Made by a program: the position numbers and the translations under genes
Notes under the pieces: model-generated
What the model was told of the DNA's origin: nothing
The model's database searches: none
What the model saw: the letters and a program-made list of their open reading frames with translations, nothing else
Assembly: GCA_951406725.2 (NCBI GenBank)
Contig: OX597826.1
Span: 54,064,001-54,128,000 of the forward strand
Direction of reading: 5' to 3'
Source: Octopus vulgaris
Taxonomy: Eukaryota
DNA length: 64,000 bases
In this document: one piece after another, positions 12,488 through 26,888 of the stretch
Layout: each line of letters begins with the position of its first letter
How positions within the stretch are numbered: the stretch's first letter is position 1

Positions 12488-13777
12488 CAGATTGAGTAAA
12501 AAGTAAGCAACATTTTGAGCCATGAAGAATTTGTACAGGATTTTTGCAGGGTTTTGAATTTTTTTTAAAGCATTTTTTTGAAATTGTTTGATAATACAAA
12601 CATAGACTTGTCCAAATGCATCAATAAATTAACAGTGATATTTTTTTTCACTGTTGTTACAATCATCTGAAATGGAATTGTCAAAGTGCGATATTTGAGG
12701 AATTTTGCTATTAAACTTCAAAAAAGGATGTAAAGCAGTTGAAACTGCTTGCGGTATCAACAAAACATTCGGTGAGGAAAATGACCAGTGAGTGGTCAGC
12801 TCAAAAATGGTATAAATGATTTTGCAGTGGAGACCTGAACCTTGAAGATCATGAATGTAGTGGATGCCCATTTGTCATTGATGACGGTCAATTAAGGACT
12901 GTCGTTGAGAAAAAACCATGTAAAAACCATTCGAGAAGTGGCAAAAGAACTTCAAGTTAGCCAGAAAACTGCCTGCAACCATTTTCATGTGATTAGAAAA
13001 TCAAAAAAGCTCTACAAATGGGTACCACATGATTTGAATGAAAATCAGCAAATGTGTAGATACAAAATTTGCTTGTCACTTCTTCTCCATAACCAGACTG
13101 ATCCTTTTCTCAACCATATTGCAACTAGCGATGAAAAGTGGATTCTGTACAATAATAAAAAACACTCTTTGCAGTGGATGGACCAAAATGAAGCACTGAA
13201 AACCTTCTCTAAACTCAAGCTCTTCAAAAAGAAGGTTATGGTGATTCTTTGGTGGTGTACTGCTGGACTCATCCACTATAACGTCTTAAAACCCAGAAAA
13301 AACCGTAACTGCAGAAACATATTGCCATGAAATTGCCAAAATGAATGAAAAACTGCTACTTCTCTGTCCCAGACTAGTCAACATAAGAGGTCCAATCATT
13401 CTTCATGACAATGCTCAATCACAAGTTTCACTAATGACACTCCAGAAGTTGAAGGAACTTGATTACAAAGTTCTTCCCCACCCAGCTAATTCCCCAGACC
13501 TTTCTCCTACCGGCTGCCACTTTTTCAAGCACCTTGATGGTTTCCTGCGAGAGAAGGAATTCAAAAATCAAACCAATGCCGAATGTGTATTCAAAGAGTT
13601 CATCAACCCCAGAACACCAGATTTTTATGTTACTCGAATAAACAAACTTGTAACTCGTTAGCAAAAATGTGTTGATTGTAATGGTACTTATTTTGATTAA
13701 TAAATTTTCTGCATTGTTGAAATATATTGTGACGAATTTCATGTTTCAAAACATTGCTAACTTTTAACTTGGCCTCA
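12488..13777 (+). mobile_element. Full-length decayed mariner transposon
   Basis: About 40-bp imperfect TIRs (cagattgagtaaaaagtaagcaacattttga / tcaaaacattgctaacttttaacttggcctca), TA on both sides, 1.29 kb. Confidence 0.93.
12672..13700 (+). pseudogene. Mariner DD34D transposase pseudogene (Hsmar1/cecropia-like)
   Basis: MELSK start, WVPHDL, TSDEKWILY, HDNA, HPANSPDLSPTG (third Asp lost), ends GTYFD*; stops and frameshifts. Confidence 0.92.
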
Positions 13778-13781
13778 TACT

Positions 13782-14110
13782 TGCTTTGACATCCTTTTCA
13801 TCAGTTTATCTTCAAATATTGATAAATCTAAAAATGACTATTCGCTTGAGGACCTTTACAATCAAATGCAGAAGGCTTCTCAGCAATACTGGGACAATAT
13901 TAAGAGTACTCATCCTCTGGTTAAATTAGCTGCTGGGACAGATCAATGGCATAGAAATCCCTTGCTAGTTCTGCATAGCCAAATTATGGTACCAGGCTTC
14001 ATATATTCTTTACCATTCCTCTGGGAAAATTACTGAACAATGTTGACCGCATAGGAACAGCAGTGTACCAACCAATCTTATGTGGGGTGTAGCAATCCTA
14101 TGGATGGGTG
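13782..14110 (+). mobile_element. Possible old I/Ingi-group LINE fragment (post-RT region)
   Basis: 84-codon open frame with QMQKASQQ...LVKLAAGTDQW...LLVLHSQIMVP, resembling KA...L..LAG..WG...L..LY...IRP. Confidence 0.35.
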
Positions 14111-15834
14111 GGGTAGCCAAAGCTTGTCTTGCAAGTTCAATGATAGTTGTTTTTACTTATCATGTTGCAGTCAACAACCTCATTCGATATGTATTGATCC
14201 ACATAAATTGTCAAACCTTTTGGCTTGAGCAGAAGCATCCAGCTTTCCCATGGCAGTACAAGAAATGTTTGTTCTAGGATGTAACAATGGTTGACATTTT
14301 CGGTGTATGTCACATTGCACAATCCTTGACTGAGAATACTTCAGCTTCATGTAAAACAAAGGTGAGGAAAAATCACAAATAATCATACTTGACCAACTGG
14401 TATCTTTTACCTTTAGGATGTACATGGTCCTTCAATTGCTGTCTACTAAAAGTTGTTTGGCTGTTATTTCTCTGACACTTGCTTTGATAAAAAAGAAGTT
14501 TTTTGATTGTTTCAATGAATTTCAGTATCATCATTTCATCATCATCATCATCATCGTTTAACGTCCGTTCTCCATGCTAGCATGGGTTGGACGGTTCGAC
14601 TGGGGATCTGGGAAGCCAGAAGGCTGCACCAGGCTCCAGTCTTATCTGGCAATGTTTCTACAGCTAGATGCCCTTCCTAACGCCAACCACTCCGTGAGTG
14701 TAGTGGGTGCTTTTTACTTGCCACCTGCACAGGTGCCAGGCGAGGCTGGCAACGGCCACGGTCGGATTGGTGTATTTTACGTGCCACCAGCTGATCATGG
14801 AAATACCACCAGCATTATGGCTTGTACCAAGAATAGACAGTGCACTAAATACATGGACTTTTGTTTTTCGCAACACTCTCAAGAAAAGCAAAACCAAAAA
14901 AAAAAAAAAAAACTGTACCTCTTTATTAAAACCAATCTTCAGTATAAAACCAATATTTCATATTGAAGATTGGTCTTATAATAAAGTGATAGGGTTTTAC
15001 TGACAAGCTCTCTCTTTCTTTCTTTCTCTCTCTCTCTCTCTCTCTCTCTCCCTCTGAAGGCAATGTTATACATTCATTTCACAAACACAGACATCAAACA
15101 GCAATGCTCATCAAGAGATTACAAGAACAAACAAGCAATTGTGACATACATACCTTCCATGCAGTCAATTCCACTTAATTGCAAACTGGATAATCATATA
15201 ATTCAGTTAATTGCATAAATTTTCAAAATGCTGACACATTTATTATCAAACTTAAGTAAAACTGATTAGTTAATTGCATACACAAATGATGTCAACTGCA
15301 TAAGTTAATTTCTGACGTAAATTGCATAGGATATTTTTTTTTTTTATATGAATAAATTAATTCTGAAAAATTACATTTTTACAATTGATCTCAAAAGAAT
15401 CAAATATATTTAAAATATTCTTAACATTCCAGTGAATTAAAGACAATTGATGTTCACATTCTAGCGAATATGTAACTTATTTTTTTAATTGCATAACAAA
15501 ATTCTTTAATAAATAAATCTTCGTTGTAGATAAAGTTTGTGAAAAGATAGCTTTCAATCAAGCAAAAATGGATGCTATTTTGTGGTTTTCATTATCAATT
15601 ACATTAGCTTGTGATTAATCTAGCTGAATGTACCCAGTATGATCTTAACTTTTGTTATCAGAATAGTTTCAAGTGTGTAAAAACTATTGCTGAAACATAT
15701 GGATCTGGCTCAATTTGGGTAATTGAAGAATATCAAAAGGGAATTGAAAAATGCTCATAGTGGATAAGTCAAACATGGAACAATCAAATTATGTGTGCAC
15801 AAAACATACTGTAAATAAACAAACAGCTTATCCC

Positions 15835-16260
15835 TATCTTAGTCTTATTTTCTCTTGTACAGCTGGCCTGTACATTGGACAGCAATACCCTTGTATAGTC
15901 GCCAGCATCTTTCCAAGTGATGCTAAGCTGTTTCAGATCTTCTTAGGAAGGTGACACACCGTGTCTTCTTGAGATTCCTTCTCTTTCTTCTTCATTCCTC
16001 AGGTGGTTCCCATTGTATAGCTTGTCTTGGGTTTTCGTCCTTTTAGCAGTCAAGAAACATGACATGCAAGTCTTACTCTTCTCCCTGCCACAATCTCCTG
16101 CAGGCCACACAAATTGGCTCTTCTCATAACTCCAGAGTTTGTGATTCTGGCCTTGTAAATAATCTTAGTTATTTTGCATACACACCACTGGTAGAATGCA
16201 TTCAAACACTGAATGATCTTGGCAACCATTTTCTCTAAGTTTCTCCTGCTTTTTAATATA
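15835..16260 (-). mobile_element. Old RTE-type LINE C-terminal fragment
   Basis: Minus translation LQEIVAGRRVRLACHV..., then decayed KR.RG/TW/EDL-like motifs; many stops. Confidence 0.55.
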
Positions 16261-17748
16261 ATCCATACGTCTGTAACAAGGCCACAATATCTTATTATTG
16301 ATTATATGTTAAATCCTTATTATTTATCACCTCCTATGTAAATTTAGTTACCTGCATATGTGACTAAATTGCATAAGAATTTCATTAACAAAGGTTATGT
16401 GATTATGCGTAATCTACATAGAGGAAGAATATATGAATAATAATTTACTAAATATACAATGAGATATTGAAATTTTAGATAAAATGTAAGAGATCTTAAG
16501 GTGACTTTGTAAATAGATAAAGCAATTGTGCTTTAAATGAAGAAATAGCATGTAGACAAAAGACTAATTATCTACCAATATTTTTATCTATTAAGTATTA
16601 TCTTTTACTTGTGTCAGTCATTGGAACATGACCCTTCTGGGGCACCATTTTGAAGGGTTTAGTCAAACAAATCAACTCCTGTACTTCTTTTCCTTTTTTT
16701 TTTTTTAGTCTGGTACTTATTCTATCAGTCATTTTGTTTTTTTTTTCTTTTGCTGAACTGCTAAGTTACGAGGATGTGAACTAAACAACACCAGTTGTCA
16801 AGCAGTTGGATGGGAGACAAACCAAAAGAAAGAAAGGAAGGAAGGAGGGAAGGAAGGAAGGAAGAAAGGAAGGAAGGAAGAAAGAAAGAAAGGAAGCAAG
16901 GAAGGAAGAAAGGAAGGAAGGAAGGAAAGAAAGTCAGACAGATAGACAGACAAACATACAAACAAATAAATAGATGCATACATACACTGACACATACACA
17001 CACACATACATGCATCTTCTTAAGATTTAAAGGAAGATGGCTGAAACAAGATACTTCCCTTCACACCCTTGCTACCAAGTAGGTGGTTGGTCAAAATTTA
17101 CTCTTAAATCAAAAGAGAAAGAGAAGAACTAGCATACATACATACATATGTACATACGTATGTACATACATACCTACAACATATATGAATTCATATTCAT
17201 ACCAATAATAATTGAAGCACTAGGTTTTGTGAGTAAATGCTTAAAGGAGAATCTGGATAAAATGAGATTTTCAGAAAGAGAAATTGACCCGTTAATTCAT
17301 ACATTACAAGTGCAATTTGTGAGTGGAACAATAAAAATATGCAAGACTTTTCTCAAGTTCCAAATGTGAATTTGCCTGTGTTAACTACAGCTCAAAGATG
17401 GAGCCTTGTATCTTTGTTGGAAACTGGTTCCCTCCTCAGTTGAAGGTTTATAATAATTATAAAACAGAAGAGACATACATGTATGAATGTATGAATATAT
17501 ATGCAACAGGCTTTCACTGAGTTTGTCTACTAAATTCACTCACAAAGCATTGTTCAACCCAGGGCTATAGTATAAGACACTTGCCCAAAGTGCTGTGCAG
17601 TGGGACTGAATTCCACATCCCATGGTTGTAAGGTAAGCTTCTTAACCACACAGCCATGACTGCACCAATATTTCTTTTCCTGGCAGAGAGAAGTTTTATT
17701 TACATTATTTACATTCGACAAATATTTGTCCTCCTCTTGTTTGTAGTT

Positions 17749-17790
17749 AACACGTTTCGGCTGATATACCCTCCAGCCTTCTTCAGGTGT
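17749..17790 (-). ncRNA. Hammerhead-like motif with the cleavage triplet apparently deleted
   Basis: Reverse complement ACAC-CTGAAGA-A-GGCTG-GAGGGTATAT-CAGCC-GAAAC-GTGT; same family as 27382. Confidence 0.6.
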
Positions 17791-17998
17791 CTTGGGGAAA
17801 TTTCAAACCTGGGTTCTCATTCCTAAAGTATTTTTCAATGTTGTTATGACTATTATGATTATTATTATTATTATTATTATTATTATTGTTGTTCAGGTCA
17901 CTGCTTGGAATTGAACTTGGAATCTCGGGGTTAGTAGCCCGTGCTCTTAACCACTACACCACATGCCCGTGGGGCATAAGGAGAAAAGTCTTTCTTAC

Positions 17999-18173
17999 AT
18001 ATTTCACTGCACCATAGACTTTTCAAGTATTCAATATCCAGGTAATACAGATGAGCATGCCAAAAGGAATCTTGTTCAAAGTTTTTGCCAAAGAGTTTTG
18101 ATGTTGCTCTAGATAACTAGATTTTTCTTAGCTTTGAAGATCTAGGTGAACAGTCTATCATATTTTTCAGCTT
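17999..18173 (-). other. Exon-like segment with one in-frame TAG
   Basis: Acceptor tttcttgttgtag, donor AT|gtaaga; KLKNMIDCSPRSSKLRKI*LSRATSKLFGKNFEQDSFWHAHLYYLDIEYLKSLWCSEI; no family recognised. Confidence 0.25.
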
Positions 18174-18489
18174 CTACAACAAGAAATTATAATTGGAAAA
18201 TAAACTAAAGGCTATTTTCCGCCAAAAGTATGTTTAACAAAACCAAAGACTCATACATGGATATGATAAAGAAGAAAATAAATAAATAAATAAATAAATA
18301 GATAGATAAGCTTTATCATAAAGAATTTCAAACTCAGAATTAAAATTTAGGAAGAATAGCTCTTTCGGTGCACCTTCTTTCACCATTCTTAAGAGGTGAT
18401 GCATTCACCGTTTTGACAGCAGGACTATGAAACATTTGTATGACTCATTGTAATATATTTCTCAATATATAATATTATTAATTACAAAC

Positions 18490-18523
<34 letters not shown>

Positions 18524-18695
18524 ATGCATATATGTATATATTTATATATATATATATATAAACATACATATATATATACATGTGTATATATATATATATA
18601 TGTATATATTTATATATATATATATACAAACATACATATATATATACACATGTATATCTATATCTATCTATCAATCTCTCTCTCTCTCTCTCTCT

Positions 18696-18735
<40 letters not shown>

Positions 18736-18832
18736 CTTGCCATTATAGTAATTAGCTGCAGTTTTTACAATGTTTTTACAATATTTCAGCTGTCAATAAT
18801 ATCCAACAAAAAGTCATAAAAACGAAACAAAC

Positions 18833-18947
18833 TTGGGAAAGATCTTCTATATTTAAATAAATATGGTTGTTATTAGAAAGGTTGTTCATCCGTAAGACTT
18901 TTCGCACAAGATACTCAAACGATGCTAACACAATGTTACCTGCAATT
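18833..18947 (-). other. Exon-like open segment
   Basis: Acceptor tatatttag (or ttgcag 8 nt further in), donor CAA|gtttgt; IAGNIVLASFEYLVRKVLRMNNLSNNNHIYLNIEDLSQ; phase-compatible with 17999-18173. Confidence 0.25.
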
Positions 18948-19319
18948 CTAAATATAAACAGTTCCTAAATTATACAGCACAGTAGAACTAGTTTAACTAA
19001 TTTAAATATGAGAAACAGATTGAATTGTGATGATGATGTGGAGGAGGAGGATGGTGGTGGTGGTGGTGGTGGTGATGATGTGGCTACTGGTGAGGATTTG
19101 TAACATCTTTCACAGATAACATATATTTACAACTGCAGTAGCAAATATTAGATAATCCTATAACTGAACTTAACTGAAAAATACCATGTCCTTACAAAAA
19201 CAATTGGTATTATTTTTTTCCTCACAAGTGGCTGTGTGGTAAGTAGCTTGCTTACCAACCACATAGTCTCGGGTTCAGTCCCACTGCATGGCACCTTGGG
19301 CAAGCCCGTCGTATATATG

Positions 19320-19352
<33 letters not shown>

Positions 19353-19824
19353 ATATGTTTGTGTGTCTGTGTTTGTCACCCCTAGCATTGCTTGGCAACC
19401 GATGCTGGTGTGTTTATGTCCCCGTTACTTAGTGGTTCGATAGAATAAGTACTGGGCTTACAAAAGAATAAGTCCTGGGCTCGAGTTGCTCGATTAAAGG
19501 CGGTGCTCCAGCATGGCCGCAGTCAAATGACTGAAACAAGTAAAAGAGCTCTTCTTTATTAATCATCAGTGTTCTAATGTCCACTTCTCCATGCTTGCAT
19601 GGGTCAGACAGAGTTTACTAAGGCAGATTTTCTATGCCTGAATGATTCTGCCAGTCATCAGCTATAACCTGTTTCCAGGCAACATATTTTACCCTGTAGC
19701 CACATGTTTTTGCAGAATATTGGAAAAGAATGACATTATTTTCCCCAACCACAAGATGTCCAGGCAAAGAAACACGTACACACACTAACACACATATATA
19801 GTTCAGTTCTGTTTTTGAAGTTAC

Positions 19825-20100
19825 ATCTTGTGGATGGGATACATTGGCATTGATGTTTCTGGGTCTCAGATGATTTTGGGGTCTTCTAACGTCAGACCCT
19901 CTTGCCCAGTTGACACAGCTGGGGTTGATCAGGTACCAGCTTGCATCTCCATATCAACAAACCAATAGTCTCCCCTCTTTATCCAAATCCACTTAGTGGC
20001 TTTCTCTGCAGTTTTAGTGATGGAATTCATAACCTACCTCTTTGCTACACCAGCAACTCCAACCCCAGCCAGAGCTTCGTAGAATGAACACCATCCCCCC
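19825..20100 (-). mobile_element. HERO-like (restriction-like endonuclease) LINE 3' fragment
   Basis: Minus translation ends LGVAGVAK...AEKATKWIWIKR, followed by a 3' UTR shared with 25685-25980. Confidence 0.7.
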
Positions 20101-21230
20101 CCACACACACACACAACAGGCCACTTTCAATTTCTGTCCACCAAATCCACTCACAAGATTTTGGTTGGTCCAGAGCTATAGTAGAAGATACATACTTACC
20201 CAAGGCACCATGAAGTGGTACCAAACTCAAAACTCTGTAGTTGGGAAGCAAACTTCTCAACCAAACAGCTCTGTTTGCCCCAATTAATTAATTATTCAGA
20301 TCAAAGTGAGGCAGTGACATTAAAACAGACAGTAGAGAGGTTGACTGAATACTTTACAATAACAAGATATTTTGTTTGACCTTTATGGATTTGAACCTAC
20401 TCAGATCAACTTTAACTTACAGAGACCAATAAAAGTCACTGTGCAGGTGCATGGCTTAGTGGTTAAGGTATTGGACTTATGATCATAAAATTATGGTTTC
20501 AATTCCTGGACCAGATGATGCATTGTGTTCTTGAGAAAACCACTTCATTTTATGTTGCTCCAATCTACTTAACTGGTAAAAATGTGTAATCCTGTAGCAG
20601 ACCAGCATCCCTTCCAGAAAAAACCAGGAAACTGGCCCTGTATTCCTTACAGAGCAATGTGGACTAACCAATAAAAGTGTACCTTTTATTCATGACTGGA
20701 AAATCTAAAAAGTCTTTTAAGCAATTTTATGCCAAGTTGCACGTAAAATTAGTGGAGCAAAAGGATGAACTGATGTTCAAAAGCACCGGGGAATAAACAA
20801 AGTATTTCCTATTAGCAGAAGCTCCATTAACCAGACAAGTCATTAGAAAGTATAAAATCTATAATGAAATTTGTTAAAAGGCTTTCCACTCATGTAAACA
20901 ATAACATCTGAAGCTAATTCTCAGAGTAAATCTGTTTAATTGTGCTACTATTATTTCTTACTTTGTTCTTTTGATTGCAGTAAAATTCTTTGTTTTTAAG
21001 CTTTGCATCAATGGAAACTTGCTATTTTCTGCTTAGAATAGATCTCCTCTGCAGTTAACTGAAAATAATCTACATACATACACAGAATATGATATTGGCA
21101 TCTAGACTTACTTACATACTTTCTATGAAAGCCATTCAGCATACCAATTCAGAGCAAGAACCCCAAGCTTATAGAACATAACTGATCCCTTGATTGTTAA
21201 TTACGATTCTGTGTCCAAATCCAGGTTGGT

Positions 21231-21703
21231 TTAACCATTTAGCATTTAAACTGGCAATATCCAACCTGAAAATTCTACTTGTTTTATGTTCAAACCAGCC
21301 AAGTCCTACCTCTCACACAAACCCTACAATGCCATTCTAAAAATAAGTAATCACACCAGTTATGAGACACTGGCACTTCGTTACAACAAATGTTCCAGTT
21401 GATCCGATCAATGGAACAGCCTGCTCATAAAATTAACATGCAAGTGGCTGAGTACTCCACAGACACTTGTACCCTTAATGAAGCTTTCAAGGAGATACAA
21501 TATGACTGCAGCAACATGAAATAGAATGTCTGACTCAGTAACATGAAATAGAGTATCTGACTCAAGGACACAACATGATACCAGGACCTGAACTCATGAC
21601 TTTATGATTGTGAGCCAAACACCATTATCTTCATTAGAGAATGCATGATTATTTCGAAATAAACATTACATGTGACCAAGTAATCTAAATGCTAAATGGT
21701 TGA
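21231..21703. mobile_element. piggyBac-like TTAA MITE with a nested SINE-C
   Basis: TIRs ttaaccatttagcattt / aaatgctaaatggttga; uninterrupted copy at 26889-27118. Confidence 0.7.
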
Positions 21704-22663
21704 TTTTTAAGTCTTGTGGTGAATTCTAAAAAACAAGCTGCCATCCATTTTGAGACGGATATCTTGAATATGATATTCCACCTGTGGTTCTCTAATTTGA
21801 AGTGATAAGTTTAATGTGACACAAACTATTATAATATCATCCCTGGAATGCTGCTCTAACTTGAAGCAGATCACAGATTTAAAGGGAAGGTAAGCTGAGG
21901 TGATTGAAGACCGCTTTATAACGGGGGAGGCAGATTTCAGTAGCTGGATGTCCTTCCACTCATCCACTTACTCTACTTTCAAGCAAGGTAATTTTTCCCA
22001 ATCATCACACATGTTCTTGCAGTAGACTGGAAATGAATGACAAGGTTTGATCTGAGTACTGAATGCAAAATAATATCTCTTAATTATACACTGTTTTTAT
22101 TCTATACAATGTTATGTTCAAACAACATTGCTCAACTGTTTTGGCTATGAACTCAGCACGGAAGTTTTGGCTGTTACTAGACCAACTTCTCATTGACTAA
22201 GCTAAACAACAAAATTAGTCACTGTAGCATACTAAGAATGAAAATAAATATTGTTCTTTTCTACTCTAGGTACAAAGCCTGAAATTTGGGGGAGGGTGCT
22301 AGTCGATTAGATCGACCCCAGTATACAACTGGTACTTAATTTATCGACCCTGAAAGGATGAAAGGCAAAGCTGACCTTGGTGAAATTTGAACTCAGAACA
22401 TAAAGACAGACGAAATACCGCTAAGTATTTCATCTGGCATGCTAACAATTCTGCCAGCTCGCCACCTTAAATGAAAAGAATGATATTACAAGTGATAGGT
22501 GCAGGTGGGGCTGTGTGATAAGAAGTTTGCCTCCCAACCACATAGTTCTGGGTTCAGTCCCACAGTGTAGCACTTTGGATAAGTGTCTACTGCTATACTC
22601 CTGGGCTAACCAAAGCCTTTTGAGTAAAAAAAAGCCCATCTCACACACACACATGTATGTATG

Positions 22664-22697
<34 letters not shown>

Positions 22698-23386
22698 TGT
22701 ATGTATGTATGTATGTATGTATGTATGTATGTATGTATGTGTGAGTGTATTTGTACCTCCTTGTCTTGACATTGTGGAATGGTTGTAAATGAGTGTCACT
22801 GTTATATAAGCAGCATCATTCTATACTTTAGCAGGGGGAGATATTACCTAGTCTGGAAAAAAGGTGAGAGTTGGTAACAAGAGGGTGTGGTACTGTCCAC
22901 TTTGAGAACCACTGTGTTAGAACAACTATTTGACTTTATAGAACAGCTGCTGCTTATAGCATCAGGTGATTTCATCTTTTAGTATCTATTTACAGACAGG
23001 TGACATTAAAACATTGAGACATTAGATGTTCTGACATCTATGACAGACTATGTACTGCTCAACCCTTTACAATCTATGAACACAGTCATTGGCAACACTT
23101 AGGACTGTCTAGTAATAACATGTGTATATTATTTCAATGTTAAATGTGTTATTCAAGTTATAGAGCCTAAATAATCGCTTTGTGTGATTCTCAAGCAAAA
23201 ATGTTACCATGTAATGTTATTGTAGGTGTAGGAGTGACTGTGTAGTAAGTAGCTTGTTTACCAACCACATGGTCCTGGGTTCAGTCCGACTGCATAGCAC
23301 CTTGGGCAAATATCTTCTACTATAGCTTCAGGCTGACCAAAGCCTTGTGAGTGGATTTGGTAGACAGATACTGAAAGAAGCTTGTC

Positions 23387-23422
<36 letters not shown>

Positions 23423-23763
23423 CATACATATGAGAGGGATGACCACTATGTGTGTTTGTGTGCGTATGTGCGTGTATGTATGTGTGTATGTATATGTGTA
23501 AGTATATGCATGTGTGTGTGTATGTATGTGTATGTATGTATATATACTTGTTGTGCATATAAAAAAATCTTTTCCTTCTTCTCTCTTGTTTGGCAAACAC
23601 CTGCAAATTCTTTATAAAAAGGCCAAGAAATCTAAGTTTGAACCATTTTTTGATAAATCTGATAACAGAAGAAAGCACTAGGAATGTAAATAACATGTAA
23701 ATAAACATATATATATAATCATCCAACATTCTGACTACCTTATTATTCTAAATGTGTATAAAC

Positions 23764-23839
<76 letters not shown>

Positions 23840-25684
23840 GTTCGTGCGTCTGTTTGTCCCCCCCACCTCATCATCACTTGACAACCGATGTTGGTGTGTT
23901 TACATACCCCATAACTTAGCAGTTTGGCAAAACAGACTGATAGAATAGGTACTAGGCTTACAAAGAATAAGTCCTAGGGTCGATTTTTTCGACTACAAGC
24001 GGTACTCCAGCATGGCCACAGTCAAATGACAAAACAAATAAAAGAATATTATGTGAAGGCTCCAAAGCCAATGCTGTCATAAATAAAATAAATACTATCA
24101 AAGGAACTCATACAATTATACAATATTTTCTAAACAAAGATATGTTGAGCCCTAGGGTCACCTCCAATCAGCAAAGAGCACCACTAAACTAATTTTTTAA
24201 TTCACTCTGAAATTACTGCCACTTATGGTTGTACTTTTCAAATGACGGAAGTCAGCTAAACTACAGTTTTCAGTCTAAATTGCATCCACGTGTCTGTTTT
24301 ATTGTGCCTGCAGGCTGATGTACTCATATGTACAAAATATAGTAAATTTTTCAATCAAAATTTATACAATATTCGTCTAACTATTTGTGTCATAGGTCGT
24401 GTTTCCACTATGACTTAAAATGGTCAGAAATCATCCGGTAATTGCCATATGGACGGAAATTTTGTTTTCACTATAAAACACATATTGCTAGGTTTGTAAC
24501 ACCCCCTTGAGACCCAATTACACTTTGGCTGAGAAAAACAGAATACCTCATAAGTAATATAAGTGTCCTAAATTCAGCAGTGTGTTAATAAAGATGTTAC
24601 ACGTTAGTTTAATGTTAAACTTATCTTTATTAATGTATATCAAATTATACATAGATATATACAAGATTTACACAGATATAAAAGTCAGAACCTGTGATCT
24701 ACTGGCAGACCATTTTCTTAGGAAATTTTTTCCTACCACACTAAAAAATTTCCCCACCCTTGGTCTAAAACAATAAGTTTTACATCATGTCATGATGTGG
24801 TTGACCAGACTCAAATATTGTTACACATCACTACTCCAAATGTGCTTTACATTGTTTTAGCTTTTGAATGACACCACCCTGCTAGCTAGGTAAGCAGACT
24901 AATATTTGCCCCTAATCCAAAGAGAGACTGAGGCAACATGAAATAAAGTGTTTTGCTCAAGAACACACTGCCTGGTCTGGAAACTGAACCCGCAAACTAT
25001 CAATTGTGAGTGCAACAGCCTAACCACTAGGCCACATGCCTTCACACTGCATCATGTATGAAAGCTAAATGTTAAAGCAACAAAATATTTAAAATTCAAA
25101 CATTCACACCAACTCCTTTTAAACAGTGTTGCAGTATAAGCCTGCATGAGGACTTGAATCCAGCACTGAAAAACTAACAAAACACTTATTAATTATACAG
25201 TGAAGCTTTTATCAATATGCACTGTAACCTGTTTACAGTACAATGGACCGAACCAGAAATACATGTCAGAAACCTGGATATAGAGCAGGAGTATTAGTAA
25301 TGAGATAAAAATATTGAGCCAGTAGTTCATATTCTTACAAGCATGAAATAAAATGTTTTAGTTCCCATGCTGGTGACACGTAAAAATACCTGTGCCACTG
25401 ACACATAAAAGCACCCATGCCATTGACACGGGAAAGCACCTGTGATGTTGACATGTAAAAGCACCTGCGCTGGTGATATGTAAAAGGTATTCACTACGCT
25501 CTTGGAGTGGTTGGCGTTAGGAATGGCATCCTGCTGTAGAAACCAAGCCAAAATCAGGCTGGAACCTGGTGCAGCTCTCCAGCTTACCAGTTCCAGTCAA
25601 ACCACTTAACCCATGCCAACATAGAAAGCAAATGCTAAATGATGATGATGATGATGATGAATTCCAAGATACATCACACAAATG

Positions 25685-25980
25685 CTCTCTGAGATGCATC
25701 ATCAGTGATGTATCTGGGGTCTCAGGCGATTTAGGGTTTTCCACATCAGATCCCCTTGCTCAGTTGACTCAGTAGGGTCCCAGCTTGCATCACAGTATCA
25801 GCAAATCACCAGTCTATGTATATACTCTCTTTATCCAAAGCCACCTACTAGCTTTTATGTAGTTAAAGTAATGGAATTTACGGCCCACTTCTTTACTGCA
25901 CCACTAACTCCAAGCCTAGTCAGAGCTTTGCAGAATGAACGTCCCACAAAACCCCAACAGCCCACTTCAGTTGCCTTGCA
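25685..25980 (-). mobile_element. HERO-like LINE 3' fragment
   Basis: EVGCWGFVGRSFCKALTRLGVSGAVK...KASRWLWIKR, the typical C-terminus of HERO-type RLE elements. Confidence 0.78.
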
Positions 25981-26888
25981 ATGTGTTTGCCAAAAAGAAA
26001 GAAGCTCTAAAAATATTACAAAAACTGCTTCTCAGTCAAAGTAAGAATGCAAATATTAACAAATCCAACCAAAGAAGGATTTCTACAGAGTGTTTTATAT
26101 AGATACACCTAACGGAAGAAATTCCAGTTTGGTTGAGTCATTATTCTATTTCCCAAAAATAAATAATAGCAACAAAACATTCAAATTTTAAAAAATCAGA
26201 TCCAACTCCATTTAAGATGACGAAATCTTGTAATTATTATAAGCTCTTATTAAGAATCGTGCAGAGTTAATATTATCCCTATCTATTATTAATCTAACAA
26301 ACTAAGTATCTACGTAAAACCTTATTGTTAGTACATAAACAATATGGAGATATTAAATGGGTTAGTCTTTGTATGACTCAATGAAATTGAGCATTTTTAA
26401 AAGAGTTTACATTCATACATTGCAATACCAACAACAACCCTCATTGCCAAAGTAACTTCTTCTTTCAGTAGTTTCCTAAAACTAAAAGCAGTGACCTGGT
26501 AGAATTGTTAGCACACAATATTTTACATTCAGCTTTACATTCTGAGTTAGAGGTGACTTTGCTTTTAATCCACATTAGTATAGTCAGAAGGGGCAGAGGG
26601 GGAAGTCTGCACTGGGTGGCACCACTTTTGGGCCTGGTGTAATCAATATGTATTTTTTGTATGGGCCTGGGAGTGGAAAATTGAGGGTTACCCCAAGTGG
26701 CACACACTCTAGCTACGCTAGTGCCCCTCCTCCGAAATTGCTGGCCTTGTGCTGCAATTTGAAACCAATATTTTTCTAAATCTTAGTGAATGCAATGTTT
26801 CAAGAACATCAAGTTCAGTACAACCCCTGCTCTTATTAATTTAAAGCAGATATATCAACCCCCAACCAAACACAACTATGTTGCAAAA

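Noticed and set aside
12905-13661. SETMAR-like domesticated transposase
   Set aside because: Stops, frameshifts, a lost catalytic Asp, retained TIRs and no SET domain indicate a dead mariner
14090-14140. Resemblance to the B9-domain motif NPYGW...PKLVLQV
   Set aside because: Needs a frameshift and a stop, and the flanks do not match
25360-25490. Regularly spaced short repeats resembling a CRISPR array
   Set aside because: Degenerate roughly 23-bp subrepeats of the RTE 3' module; no unique spacers, no cas genes, eukaryotic DNA
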